A stretch of 63,941 nucleotides of DNA, counting the filler, from Diploschistes diacapsis (lineage: Eukaryota), in NCBI GenBank assembly GCA_023645945.1. It is 13 parts of 13 records of this genome, joined end to end, with 100 filler letters (N's around TTAATTAATTAA, not from the genome) between each part and the next. Parts side by side here need not be neighbours in the genome. Positions count along the whole stretch, not along the records: positions 1 to 3,115 come from JALAIB010002003.1; positions 3,216 to 6,316 come from JALAIB010002004.1; positions 6,417 to 9,514 come from JALAIB010002005.1; positions 9,615 to 12,707 come from JALAIB010002006.1; positions 12,808 to 15,893 come from JALAIB010002007.1; 8 more parts are not named here. The stretch is one strand, 5' to 3'. Below are positions 1 to 12,808 of the stretch, one piece after another. The position numbers were made by a program, and so were the translations under genes. Every line of letters begins with the position of its first letter. The first letter of the stretch is position 1. The notes under the pieces were generated by a model. It was not told where the DNA came from. It did no database searches and saw only the letters and a list, made by a program, of their open reading frames with translations.

Positions 1-660
1 GCTTTAAGATTAATAATAATTATTTATAAATTAAATGTTTATTAAACTAATAATATTTTTATTTAAATATCATCTTTATTATAATATCTTCACCTTATTC
101 GTAACGCTTTTATACTTCATTTCTTTATCTTTTAACCCATACTATCTTTGAATTTTTACTATAGTTCTTCTTACCTTATCTTATCGTCGCTCGCTCTTAC
201 TCCTCGTTCGCTGCTTATCCTTGCTTCTCGTAATTTCTTATATCTTGTCTCTTACATCCTTTTAATTCTTATAATTCAACGCGCGTTTAACCGGTTTAAA
301 TAAACCTCGATCACGCCTTCGACGAAATTTATTATTAAAAGTAATATATTTGTCGACGAACTCGCGTAAGCTATTAAAGACGTACTTATTATTCGCTTTA
401 TTCCGCGTTCCGTAAATCGTTCTCGTAAACAATATAAATTAATCATTTCTTTGCTTATTTTTAATCATAATTTTTCAAACCTTCTTATACCTGTCACCAA
501 GCTTTTAACATAATTTAAAAAAGAATCAATTCTTACATCTTTTTATCTATCGCCTAATCTTAATTATTAACCGAGTTCTAACCCGTTATTCGCTATTTTC
601 GCGTCGCATTTTGGTTAGGTATTTATTTTAAAATCCCGATATCTCTAAATTTATTATTAA
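1..660. mobile_element. AT-rich RIP-like degraded repeat, family unassigned
   Basis: Very AT-rich with residual C/G mostly in CpG; no ORF; interrupted at 661 by a copia LTR. Confidence 0.5.
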
Positions 661-2564
661 TGTTGAGCAGGCAGGCAGAATGCATGGCTGGGAAGTTCAG
701 CTGAACCTCAGGTTCAGGTTCAGTTCAGCTGAACCTACTAGGGTTCCTGTTAATCCTAATCGGGAGTAATGCAAGTCTATAAAACTTAATAAATCCTATT
801 AGTATAAAAGCTTATATATAAACTATTTCTTCTAATTAAATCTTTAGATATCTAAACTTCAATACATACGTTATTTAAAAGATTATAAACCCGGATTAAT
901 TTATTATTTCGTCGCGTTTATATATTAAAAATATTATCTCCGGGCAGGTATCACCGTTACGATTACGGGATCCAATTACGCTACCTATTATAAGTTAAAT
1001 TAAAGAAATCTTAAAAACCTAAGATCTGGATTATAGTACTTTAAAATAATTAGATTTAAAATAAAAATTAAATTACTTATTAATAAAACGCGGGCACCGA
1101 CTACGCTATTCTAAAAAAGCTAAATTGGCTGAACTAAGTTAAAATTCAGGACCTGAATTCAGGTTTACTTAGTTAACACCCGAAAATCCTTCTTCTCGAC
1201 AAATCATCGAAATCCAGCAGAATTCTATTATTATATTCATTCGATCACTCTAAATAAGTATCGAAGTTCAGTTAAACTCGCTGAACTTACTCGATTATTT
1301 TCACTTTTTTAACAGAAAATTCACATTTCTTTACTCCATTTATCAACGATTTACCAACTACGATTCATTCATTATATTAATTTTCTTTATTTACGAAAAC
1401 TATAATCATAAAAGATATCATAAATAAAAAAAAAGTAGCTCCAATATTAAACAAAGAAAACCATAAAGAATGATTTATACTAATTAAGAATTATCTCTAA
1501 AACGAAGGAATAAACGACGTGTTACTATACGAAACATCGTCTCATTATAATACCGATATTCTAACATCGAGTAGTTAATTTAGTTTAATATTTAAATCTT
1601 TATATATTAAGGATCAATAACGAAAGTATCAGACCAAAACTAATTATTAAATATATTTTTATATAAACGACGTCGATTACGAATGTATCGAAGACCTCGA
1701 TACTTCTTACGTCAAATAGATATCTTTTAAAACCAAGTATAAAAAGGTTACTGAAAGCGAATACCGATAATTACGACTCGAATTTATCACGTATAAACTT
1801 TCGGACGATTAATTAATTATAAATATCTAAATATATTTAATTCGCATTTAAAAGAAAATCAATGTTATTAAATTAAATTAAAAGTTTAATACTAAATCAA
1901 TCTTTTAATAATTATTAACTAGTTTCCTATCATTTTATAACACGTTGGTTAACGGCATTGACGTTTAAATCGAAAAAGTCGACTTAAAGAACGTAAACTA
2001 CGATAAATGGCTGAATAAATTATTCGACAAGCAGGCGAGCTTAAAGATTAAAGTTATTATATATTCTAACGATAGGCGCTACGACAGTAATAAACGCTTT
2101 AACGATAAGCGAAACACCAATCAACGACGCGTTAATAATAAGCTTATGACGAACCGCCAAAACAGGACACGCTTATTTGAACTTAAATTAGATAATTGTT
2201 TTCTTTATAGAGACGATTATCGCGTATCGAAATATTCTTTCGCTTAAGAATTCCGTAAGTTTATTATAATAAAAAAGAAGCTTACCCGCAAACATCGTAA
2301 CTATAATACGAAATAAGATAATTCTTTTAAAAATAAGGATAATTCGGCTGAACCTGAACCCGAATTTAAACCTTAATCAAAATATGATAATAAAGTTAAT
2401 AATACGGCAATAGATATTATTACTAAAAGTAAAATTATTCCTATTAAATGGATTAATGACACTAACGCTTCATCACATATAACTAACTAGCTACATCTAT
2501 TTAGAAAATTGACTCCTATCTAAAAACGACGAATCAAAGTTAGGAAAAAAATACTTTATTTAGA
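661..2564 (+). mobile_element. Ty1/copia relic (family A): 5' LTR ~661-880, PBS 881-892, degraded gag and protease
   Basis: Starts TGTTGAGCAG; GATTATAAACCC is a transition-mutated GGTTATGAGCCC PBS; PILNKENHKE gag-like start at ~1441; WINDTNASSHIT at ~2449-2484 resembles the copia protease motif WIxDSGASxHMT. Confidence 0.8.
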
Positions 2565-3019
2565 TGTTATGATCTCTATCTATACAAGATATACACGAGT
2601 AGGATCAAGGTAGGTTTGGTCTCTGTTAGAAGAGGAGTGTGGCAGGAGAAGAAGATAGAATAGTTACAGATCTTGAACTCTTTCTAGAAAGAAAGTTTTA
2701 AAATAATAAAAATAACGAATATAAATTGATCCCGAGCAATAATTTAAGAGGACTATAAAAGTGAACACGTTCTTTTTTACGAAAATAAAATCGTCTTTAT
2801 ATATAATTAACTCGCTCGTTATTTATTATAAATTTAACGAACGATGTTTTCGAGGTTTATCGTTTACGAGAATAAGCGCGATTATCGAGCGATAACGAAA
2901 GCTTATTCGTTATTTACGAGAATAAGCGCGAGTAGTAAACGCATCACGTGACCTCTAATCCCGTAACTGATTTATATATAAAACTAAAACGTGTTAAGTC
3001 TAATACTTGGATCGTAATA
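2565..3019 (-). mobile_element. LTR (family B, ~455 bp), probably the 3' LTR of a minus-strand element, nested in the copia relic
   Basis: TGTTATGATC...GATCGTAATA termini; homologous to 16448-16901 and 51424 onward; followed by TATCCCTTTTCTTT, a polypurine tract on the minus strand. Confidence 0.8.
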
Positions 3020-3115
3020 TTATCCCTTTTCTTTAATATTATCGGCCCGATGATTCGCCGAAGGATCTAATATAAGTATTAAATAAAAAAGAATCCTAAG
3101 TCGTGGAACAACGAT

Positions 3116-3215
3116 NNNNNNNNNNNNNNNNNNNNNNNNNNNNNNNNNNNNNNNNNNNNTTAATTAATTAANNNNNNNNNNNNNNNNNNNNNNNNNNNNN
3201 NNNNNNNNNNNNNNN
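3116..3215. other. Artificial contig spacer N44-TTAATTAATTAA-N44 (first of 12; others start at 6317, 9515, 12708, 15894, 19078, 22260, 48084, 51263, 54440, 57615, 60790)
   Basis: Identical 100-nt block repeated 12 times; the core gives stop codons in all six frames; sequence type changes abruptly across each one. Confidence 0.99.
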
Positions 3216-3631
3216 TCGTTATCCCGATTCGACAATTTCAGAAGATTATCGATTTTAAAATTGTTTCGGAAAACGTTACTTACTCCTATAATAAACATCC
3301 TGTCCTCGATAGGTTTATTAAAAGTAACTATAGGTTATTTTTAAGTTTTTAAAGAAGAATAACAAAAAGTTAGCTCTAAAAGAACTAGGGTGCTGACATA
3401 GAAAAGAAGATACTTACTAAAGAATCATTCTAAAAAGGAAATATAGTATTCAAAAGTATCTTAATAAAAAACAAAAGCAAAAGCAAAGTACGGCTAGAGC
3501 GCCGGGCTCATAACCTGTCAGTTATATTGGTGGAGAAGAAGGATTGTATTGCTCTGCAAGAGATGTCTGTAAGCGGATTATATACATTCTGTATGACTAA
3601 TCATGTCCCCCTGCTCCTGCTTCTTCTCACA
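3216..3631 (-). mobile_element. Ty1/copia 5' end (family C): 116-bp LTR 3516-3631, PBS 3504-3515, leader and gag start
   Basis: GGGCTCATAACC (reverse complement of GGTTATGAGCCC) abuts TGTCAG...CTCACA; aligns with 21093-21517. Confidence 0.88.
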
Positions 3632-4699
3632 AATCACCGAAGACAGCCTCGTCACTCCTGCTAATCCGCTGTCGGAAGAAGATCATGCAGGCATGACCTT
3701 ATCAAATACTCTAGGGGTAGATGATGGATTCTCATGTACCGTGTTCTTTCCGCTTCAACGTGCAGATGAAGTGGAGTTCTGGACCACAGATCTTAGCGGC
3801 GGAAACGAGAACGAAGCTCCTGCCCTTACCAATTCGACGTTGGGTGAAGACCATACAGGTATTAATTCACCGGACCCTCCAGGTGAAGACAATAAAAACC
3901 CAAATATCATCTTCATGTTAGTTCAAGAAAGAGATGTAGCAGACCCCGAGATCAGTGAGCTCGACGAACCGAATACCCCAGCTGGAGACGACAAAAGCTC
4001 AAGTATCAAACCCATGGAAGTTCAAGAAAAACATGTAGCAGAGCCCTTGGTTACTGACCTCACTGACCTCATTGACGAAGACCATCGCGAAGCTCCTGAA
4101 CAGCGCCGATATATAGCTCTCTTCCTAATGGCCCTCATGTTCGATCGCAACAAGGTTCGAAGCCGGGCGTCTTTGGAGGATTTGTAACCATGGAACAGAC
4201 GGGAATGGCAACCCAACGAGATACAACCCGTACCCCGTGCGAAGGATACGGAAGCTTCGCACCAACGATCGCTGAAACTTCCGAATACTCAACTTCGTTC
4301 AGCTTTGCGTGCTACATTGAACGAGTATGATAGTCTTAACACAATAATAAACAGCGCTGATTACCCCCACTTCTGGATGCAAGACAGCCGCAACAAGTGT
4401 CAAACATGTGTTAGACTGCTACAAGCATATCTGTAAGGTTGCCCATACATGCGGATACTGCGGAGCATGCTGTTCAAGAAGCGCACCAGTGCATCATTGA
4501 GCACATCGGTTCAACTGTGGAAGTACTACGGACAATAGCAAAGCTGATTTGTAGCGTATTGCCGATTGAGAGCTCATATATCACCATACTTCCCTTCCTA
4601 GGTGTGCAGCTCAAGTCGGTGACTGAGAGACTTGCCGGGCCAGGCATTAATATTAGGTTGAAGGCCGGCGACGAATGGAACATGATTGAGTTTAGATAG
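3603..4699 (+). pseudogene. Disrupted gene of unknown function with acidic internal repeats; 5' end replaced by a copia LTR
   Basis: 194-aa ORF whose ATG lies inside the LTR; frame continues ~82 codons past TAA 4185-4187 to TAA 4434-4436, then an ORF in another frame (4439-4699); repeats VQERDVADP/VQEKHVAEP and EDHAG/EDHTG/EDHRE. Confidence 0.5.
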
Positions 4700-5257
4700 T
4701 ATGGACAGATATGCATATCATGAGATTTACAACGACTGCGCCCTGATGAGTCTTTTTCTACTGCCAGACTGATCATGATTTTCTCCTCTAACCTGACAAA
4801 TGTAACTTTACCTGACCTTTCCTTTCGTTATCAGTCTATCTCAAGATCCTTGTCCGTCCTACTTCTTCTTGCTCCTGTCCATCTGCCTCTGCTTATCACG
4901 TCTCTTTTTCGTACTTCTTCTTTCGCGATTCAACATTTGGTTCATAGTGTATATCTGGAGAAGCAAAATACAGAATGAACACTACAACATCTAATAGCCA
5001 GTTTCCATTAACCTCAAGGCTCACCTCAACTCAGTCTCCATCTCTACAGAAGAACCCACAAGCCTTATTGCACAAGCCTCGTTGCTACCATTGGTAGTCT
5101 CTACCGAAATCACGCTTCTGCAATACACAACCAGGAGTCAGCACAACATACATCAACCCTACTCAATGGATACCGTTCAGCTACAAATGAAACAACGAAT
5201 CCATTGAATCGGGACGATCATGCTCCCTCACGGGTGATCCCGGCGACAGGAAGAAAG

Positions 5258-5780
5258 ATGACTGCTCTACTCCTCGATTGTGACAACACACTTTGTCTCA
5301 CAGAAGAGCATATCTTTCAAGCAAGAGCCATGACGATCAAACACTCTACTCAAGAAACTCCCGAGTTCTGCCCACCACCAAGGAATCTTCAATGTCCACC
5401 ACTGCCGGTGCTGGTGCTAGTAAGGTCGATGGCGCTATTGCGAACTCAAAGCAGCTATTACAAGAGTATTGAAGCCACTTCCATCGATAGTGTTTTCATG
5501 AGATATCAGCCGCACCGGTGCTGCTGGAGAGACGCTGAAGGCAGAATCTAGATGCAATAAGAACACAACCCGCTACAACCGAAACCACTACCAACACTTC
5601 CTCCCAAAGTAAAAACCAATCCTACGTCCCCTTCTCACTCCTAGCCTCCCATATTGGCCTCGACTTCTGCCAAATCCTAAGCTCAATCCTCCAAACGCAC
5701 CGTCTAGCCCTCAGCTCTGCCCAGCTGACATAGTACCCACGTCTTGAAGAGTCCAACGTAAACACCGTAATCTCCCTACA
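5258..5780 (+). pseudogene. HAD-superfamily hydrolase remnant
   Basis: MTALLLDCDNTLCLTEE is HAD motif I (DxDxT); a separate fragment GLDFCQILSSILQTHRLALSSAQLT*YPRLEE (~5657-5750) resembles the cap region of the same fungal family; motifs II-IV not found. Confidence 0.65.
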
Positions 5781-5823
5781 TTCATAACCAGCACCCTACA
5801 TTCACAACCAGCACCCTACATTC
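5774..5823. repeat. 20-bp tandem repeat x2.5 (CCCTACATTCAYAACCAGCA)
   Basis: Read directly from sequence. Confidence 0.9.
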
Positions 5824-6416
5824 TAGAAAAAACTCCTCTCCCGAGATGTTGATGGCGAAGAATTGATCTAAATAAGGTAGTAGTGGTTGGTAATATTGGT
5901 GATTGAAATTGGAAAAATGAGACTGAATTCGAGGGCAGCTCACTCCCTTTGAGCTCCCCCAGACGCAGCTTAGTTACCAACATCTAGTTTCACTTTTCAA
6001 AAAAGTATTATTAATAAGATTTTATTTAGGTTCCTTCTATTTTTTAATTATACGTTCGTATACTATACTAATAACGTGATGTACTTATTATAGCAAACTT
6101 GAGGCGTGACGACCCGCTTTCTTTATCATATATAAAAAATAAATCCGCATATATTAAATAAATAAAAAGATATACGAATAAATAGAAACGGGAATTAAAA
6201 TCGAAATTAAATTTCTTATATAATTTTTACTTATATTTTACTATACTAACATCCCCGCGGCTGTTATTTCCACATATTAATGTATATATAGGAAATCCAT
6301 TACTTCCGTAGAAATANNNNNNNNNNNNNNNNNNNNNNNNNNNNNNNNNNNNNNNNNNNNTTAATTAATTAANNNNNNNNNNNNNNNNNNNNNNNNNNNN
6401 NNNNNNNNNNNNNNNN

Positions 6417-9179
6417 ATTCGATTTTGTATTTCCTCGAAGTTAATCTTGAAAGAGTATCTAGAATTAGGTTTTTCTTTTTAGAAATATACTTAATTTCGA
6501 CTTTAAAACGTTAAATATATTTCGACGTTTTGATTAATCGTAAGTTTACCTTTTTTATAGAGATAGTATTTAAAGATAATTGTTTATTGATTTCGACCGT
6601 TGCGTTATAATTCGTAAAAAATATATTAAACGTGATTTCGCTAGATTCGATTAAGTAACGTATTTTACGTAAGAATTATATTAGGTCCGTTATTTCTAGT
6701 TTCGTTGATTAATACCGGTGCTCGGTATCGTTAAGTTTTTAAGATAAGAATAATATCGGCTCGATTTCGTTATGTATAGGGTATTCGTAAGAATCGAACT
6801 TGATATTTTTTTTAATATAATATAACATGTATCTAATATTAAAGAACTTAATTATATTAATATTTCCGTAGAAACGACTCTTCCGATCTAGATATATTAG
6901 TATAATAAATTTAACGAAGGTTTTTTTAGCTATTCAAAGGCCAAAATTTCTCTTTCCGTAGGTTCCTCCAGTCTCTGCTTTTTCGCTACAGATTTGCGTC
7001 TGCTCCCTTGAGTAGAATCTCCGGACTTCTGGTTCCGGGACTTAAGTTTCTGGTTAAACATAGCCTTACGTTTTTTAAACGGTTCGATTATCGTAATATA
7101 ATAAGGAACGTATTTACGTATATAGCCTATCAAATCGATATAAAATTCCAACTACGATAAGGTTATTAGAAAATTAAACTCCCTGATTATCTTGAACTTA
7201 TCCTCGGACGTAATTAATCTAAATCCGTCCACTTTCTAACCTAATAGCTTTATAGAAGAGAAGGTCAGGAAAAATTTCTTTAAAAATTAGCGTTAGATTA
7301 ATGAAGTTTAATCGAGCGAAGATTCTGTATAGATGGTTTATATATTTTTTAAACGTAACTGAATAAACCACGATGTCGTCCTAATAGGCGCGATGAAAGG
7401 ATGGTAAATCTTTTAACAGATTATCTATTACACGCTACATAAAAACAGGCGTATTTTTATATCTTATAACCGGTATTTTAAATGTTTCTTAACCCTGATG
7501 CGACATTATAGTTAATCTATATCGGTGCTCTTCCTTCGTTCAAAATTAATAAAAGAACTAAATAACATCTACCACCGATATAAAGACCGATCCCTTAATG
7601 GCGTTTAATATATTTAACTAATTTGATATCGAGTAAATATCTCGTTCCGATATCCGATTTAAGGTTTTAATATTAATAACGACACGATCCTTTTTAATAT
7701 TGTTAGTTACTTTTTATACGACGAACATAGGAAAACTGAATAGCGTAGGTTTTTTAGTCTATTCCATCCGGTCCTTATCTTATAATTTATCGAAAATCTC
7801 GTTAATTACGGCCTTATCTCGGTTATTAATAGAGTATATTTTCTCCGTATTAGCGCTATATTTCTCTCGTTAGTCGTTAATTAATGGTATTTCTAGTCGT
7901 TCTGATATATTGATATTGTCGGTATCAATAAATAGATTAAGATAGCTATCGATTAGTCCTTATAATTCTATTAATTCATACTCGTGTCCGTATGTTGTAA
8001 TTCCGTTGTTTAATTTCGATTTAAGTTTCTTCGGGTTAGTCGAGATAGTTTTGGGTTCGAGTTGTACAGAAAGATATCTTGCTAGATTTCCGAGGCTAAT
8101 ATCGGTAGCGTAGGTATTATTACCGTTATAATCGATGATTAGGTCTAACTGAGCATGCTTCGGAAAGGTGTACGTAATATTCGTATTATTTCGTATTAGT
8201 ATTATGTTGGTATTATGATCGATCACGTGTGCGTATACCGAAAGATGTCGTTGTCGTTTTGGTTGGAATAGAAAGTTCCGATCCTGTAGTAGTGTTAAAG
8301 GTATATTTTTTAGATTAATGATAGGTACTGATATGACCGTTTTGGGAAATATCGTCAAGATATTTTTAGCGAAGACTATAATCATAATCTTTTTTATCGT
8401 TATAACTGAGATTAAAACTTTTAAATTGATATAATTTCTAATAATAGCAATATGTTTTTGAAAGTTTATTAAAAACCGTTCTAGATCTAATATATCGATC
8501 TTTATAAGCACGTTCGTTCGTAAATCGTCGACGATGTATAATTCTTTTATAATTTGCGTTAATTTATCGTCGATGGCCGGAAAGTATAATTTTAGGACGA
8601 CGTAATTCGTAGCCGAGTATTTAGTTTTACCTATTTTAATTATTTTTATCGCCGTCGGTATCGTAAGTATTTTTGCTTTTAATTTCATTTTGTTAAAGAA
8701 TTTTCTATTTATGAGGTTTATAGTATATCCGGTGTTTAGGTAGAAGCGATGAGCCTTATTGCTGATTCCTAGTTTCATAAATACGGTCGTATATTTATAG
8801 TTTTTAAATCCGAAACCCGGGTTTTGGTTGAGTTTCGCGTCGGATTTAATGATGGTATCGATATAATAATATGATTCTATTTAAATCGGCGAGATGGTAG
8901 AGACAGGTTTCGTAAAAGTATTAATAATCGCCGGCGAGGTATCGTTAGGGTTCGCGGAAGTCGCGAAATTAAGAACGATAAAATCCTTTATATTATTAAT
9001 ATCCGACGAGGTATTCTTCTTATTAGCATTCTTTAAATACTTATGTTTCATTTTCTAATCCCAGCATTTATTCGACACAAGGTAAGTATGCAACTTAATC
9101 ATAAAGGACTAAATCTTGTTATAATTCTTGTACGTGACTGCTATCTTTAGCTTTAGATCCGACCAGCCAACGTCCACGT
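6417..9179 (-). mobile_element. Ty3/gypsy pol relic (protease, RT, RNase H)
   Basis: ORF 7960-8778 has FYLNTGYTINLI (mutated LDTG protease); Y*DDIVVYS at ~7360-7387; RT/connection fragment 6930-7151; many TAA/TAG stops. Confidence 0.88.
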
Positions 9180-9181
9180 TA

Positions 9182-9514
9182 ACGTGTTTCACGGGGATTC
9201 CGGCCACCCCCAGATTCCGGCCACCTTAAATCACTATTTTTATCTTATATTCAATCTTTCTCAACAATAACTACCTCGCATAAGAATAATTCGATTTTAA
9301 TAAAATTTAATATCAACGAATGTTTACAGGTCCTAAAATCACAACAATATACTAACATTCAAAAAACTATTCGCGCATTCAAAGTATCTTAGTCGACCAT
9401 TATAGATCGACTCGATAGAACTTAATTTCGCACTAATAATCACGAAGCGATTTAAATCCTTTTAAATTCGAAAGAAAAGATATTAATACGATAAATTACA
9501 CGTTTTATATAAAC
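9182..9514 (+). mobile_element. pogo/Fot1-type DNA transposon 5' end (TIR ~9182-9225 plus degraded transposase start)
   Basis: TA|ACGTGTTTCACGGGGATTCCGGCCACCCCCAGATTCCGGCCACC with internal direct repeat; aligns with 60470-60789. Confidence 0.85.
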
Positions 9515-9614
9515 NNNNNNNNNNNNNNNNNNNNNNNNNNNNNNNNNNNNNNNNNNNNTTAATTAATTAANNNNNNNNNNNNNNNNNNNNNNNNNNNNNN
9601 NNNNNNNNNNNNNN

Positions 9615-12600
9615 TAATAATAGTTCTAATCAATCATCCTAGCCTTCGTAATAAAATATACGGAATAATATTCTAACGTCTGATTTTGACGTTCTGTCTA
9701 CCCGTTAGATTACGGATAAAAAACGGTGCTTAAACGCTATCTAGCCTGTATGGCACGGCAAAATTAAAATTAATATTAATTCGTTAAAACTAATTCCCGA
9801 TCGGATATAATACCTTTTAAGACGTTATGTTTCAAAATTACGTCCCGTAAGACTACCGTCGCCAACCCGTCGAACGTTAAGGATTTAATTATAACAATAT
9901 ATTTTATTATTTTAATATATCTATTTATTATTATTAAAATAATATTTATAACCCCTATTACATTTCTACTAAAAGATAACCCCGTGATAAAATCTAATAT
10001 AATCTCTTATTAAGATACGGACGGTGGCCGGAAGGAATATAATATACCATACGGCTTATATCGGGAAACTTTTACCCGTTAACAAATATTATAACTATTA
10101 ATATATTTATTAATATATTCCTTTATGTTTTCCCAATAGAATTTTCGGGCTAAAAACTCGTGAATACGTTCCACGCTATAATAACCTAATAATTCATGAT
10201 CGTAAACTAGCCGTAACAGCTTCGATTTAATATCGTCGTCCTTTAAAACATATATACGGTTTTTATAATAAAGCAATCCTATACTATCAAAATGCCATGC
10301 CATTTTAACTACGACATTAGAACGATTAAACTACGAGATAAACTCATTATTCTTTTTAACAAAATCGTCCGCTACATATAGGGTACGTATTAAATCGAAT
10401 AGCTTCCCCGTCGGTAAAACATCGGCAGATTTCCGCCTCGTAATATCTTTCACGAATACTCGCGGAATAAATAAATATTCCATTATTAACCTTTCTTAGG
10501 TCGGTAGCGCTTCAACTAACCTATAATAAACTTACGGTATTCGACCGTCTTCCTCGCCTTCCGGGTTTTTTAACCCAAACATATCATTCGAGACTGATAA
10601 TACTCTATCCGGACCCTTCCGAGTAGGTAATACTCTTACTGACCTATAATAGACCTGCGGCGTCTCGCCGTCGTCCTCGCCTTCCGGGTTTTCTAACCCG
10701 GGCACTTTAAGGGCTGATAATATTATATTCAAACTTTTTTAATAAGGTAGCACTTCGGTTAACCTATAATAAACCTACGATATCTTACCGTCGTCCTCGC
10801 CTTCCGGATGTTTTGGCCTAGAACGAAATTCTCTAAATTCTTATAATATCGCGGTACCCTTACGAAAGACCTGCGGTATAATACCGGACATACTTCGATA
10901 TAATATAGCGGATAATCTATTTAACCTAACAAGCTTATGTTTTAAAATAAATAATAATCTATTAATTTAATAATCCGCTTCGTAATAATCTAACTTTCGT
11001 AACGGTATATCGGTAGGATTTATCTTGCCGGGGCGGTATGTAATAATAAAATCAAAAATAATTAAACGTATTGCCCACCTCGTTTACCTACCGGTCAAAA
11101 AGCTTTGATTCATAAAACCTTTTAGGTTATTATGGTCCATAAAGATCTCGATAGTATGCCGAGCGTCTTCCAAATAATACCTCCAATATTTAAAAGTTTC
11201 CATAATAACCAATAATTCTTAATCGTGGGTTTTATAATTTCTTTCGGCGGGAATCATTTTTCTCGATTAAAAAACGACGGAATGTCATATTCCGTCCGCA
11301 GTTATTAACTAAGATATAATCGTTACAATAATAAAATTAGACGTATCGGTTTTTACCCGGATATGTGCTTCGGGATCATAATATATAAATATAGGTATCT
11401 AAATAAATTTATTTTTTAACTCCTTGAATGCGGATTGATGCCGTTCTTCCCATAATAGGGGTCCGGATTTCTTCTCGTTTTTACTATTTTGCAGTAGGTT
11501 AGTTAATGGGTTTGTTATTTTAGAATATGCATGAATAAATCTTCTGTAGAAATTACAGAACCCTAAAAAGACTTATACTTTTCAAAAAGTAGTGGGTGTA
11601 GGCCACTCGGCCACGTTCTGTACTCTAGTAAGATCCATTTTGACCCCTTCGGGAGAAATAATATAGCCTAAAAACTCGAGCTTCTGTGTGAAGAACTCGC
11701 ATTTCTTGTGATTCGCATAAAGTTCGAAATCACGCAATCTTTCGAGTATAAGTCGGAGATGTTCCGCATGTTCTTCGGCGTCTTTTAAATATATTAAAAT
11801 ATTATTAAAATAAACGACGCAGATAATATCAATTAGACCTATTAAAGCTCGGTTAATATAAGCTTAAAATATAATTAAGGCATTTGTTAGCCCAAATGGC
11901 ATCATTTGATATTCAAAGTGGCCGTATCTAATACGAAAGGTAGTCTTCTATTTATCGCCCTCGCGTATATAAATACGATAATACGCATTCTTTAAATCTA
12001 TCTTTGAAAATATTTTTGCGCCTATAAGGCGATTTAGCGTCTCGTTAATTAAAGGTAATGGATAACGGTTCTTTCTCGTTATTTTATTTAACCTTTTATA
12101 ATCAACGTATAAGCGTAAAATGCTATCCTTTTTTAGTATAAATAGAATCGGCGCCCCTACGGAGCTGTTAGATGGTCGAATTTATCCGCGTAATAATATT
12201 TTATCTAAATAATCGCGAAGTTCGCGGAACTCAACCGCAGATAGGTTGTATAATGGTTTATATAAAAATTCTTTTTCCTCTATATCGATTGTATGATCGC
12301 TGGGCTTGTACTCGAATAAACTTATTATTAAGTTTCCGTCAAACACGTCCCGGTAATCGGAAATATAAAAAAGTAAAATATGTTTTACATTTATTTTTTC
12401 GAGACGTACCGATACGGCTTCGATGGAAGTACGCTCGTATTTCGTATTAGACAGGATTAACGTAAAGACGTTCGGATTTTCGACGGTAACCTTATAGAAT
12501 TCTTCCGGCGGTAATAATTCATATCCCTCGCTAGCGAGAGTAAAACTCTAGATACGATTATAATTATAATTAATTCGAGCTATTTTTAATCTTAAGATAT

Positions 12601-12683
12601 TTAAAATAATCGAACTTCTTATCTTATTGATAGAATAATAAATAATCTCGAATTCTTTATTCACTCCGTATTCGTTTTATATA
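9615..12683 (-). mobile_element. Ty3/gypsy pol relic (RT, RNase H, integrase)
   Basis: Mutated YLDD (YFNNILIY) at ~11790-11812; integrase zinc-finger fragment in ORF 10079-10303; integrase core toward 9615; order RT-RH-IN. Confidence 0.9.
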
Positions 12684-12707
12684 ACGTGTTTGACGGTGAG
12701 TCCGGCC
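12684..12707. mobile_element. Start of a pogo-type TIR, cut by contig end
   Basis: TA|ACGTGTTTGACGGTGAGTCCGGCC, same geometry as the TIR at 9182. Confidence 0.65.
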
Positions 12708-12808
12708 NNNNNNNNNNNNNNNNNNNNNNNNNNNNNNNNNNNNNNNNNNNNTTAATTAATTAANNNNNNNNNNNNNNNNNNNNNNNNNNNNNNNNNNNNN
12801 NNNNNNNA

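Noticed and set aside
3160..3171. TTAATTAATTAA recurring about every 3.2 kb as a biological repeat or CRISPR-like array
   Set aside because: Always centred in N runs; it is an assembly linker. ORFs ending in X...LIN are artefacts of it.
4743..4775. CTGATGAGTC...GAC as a hammerhead ribozyme core
   Set aside because: The putative stem II is not followed by GAAA, and no stems I or III are evident.
12172..12450. Short ORFs in AT-rich contigs as genes (also 19671-19940, 53668-54021)
   Set aside because: Chance frames in RIP-degraded TE DNA, rich in Ile/Phe/Lys/Tyr and often antisense to pol.
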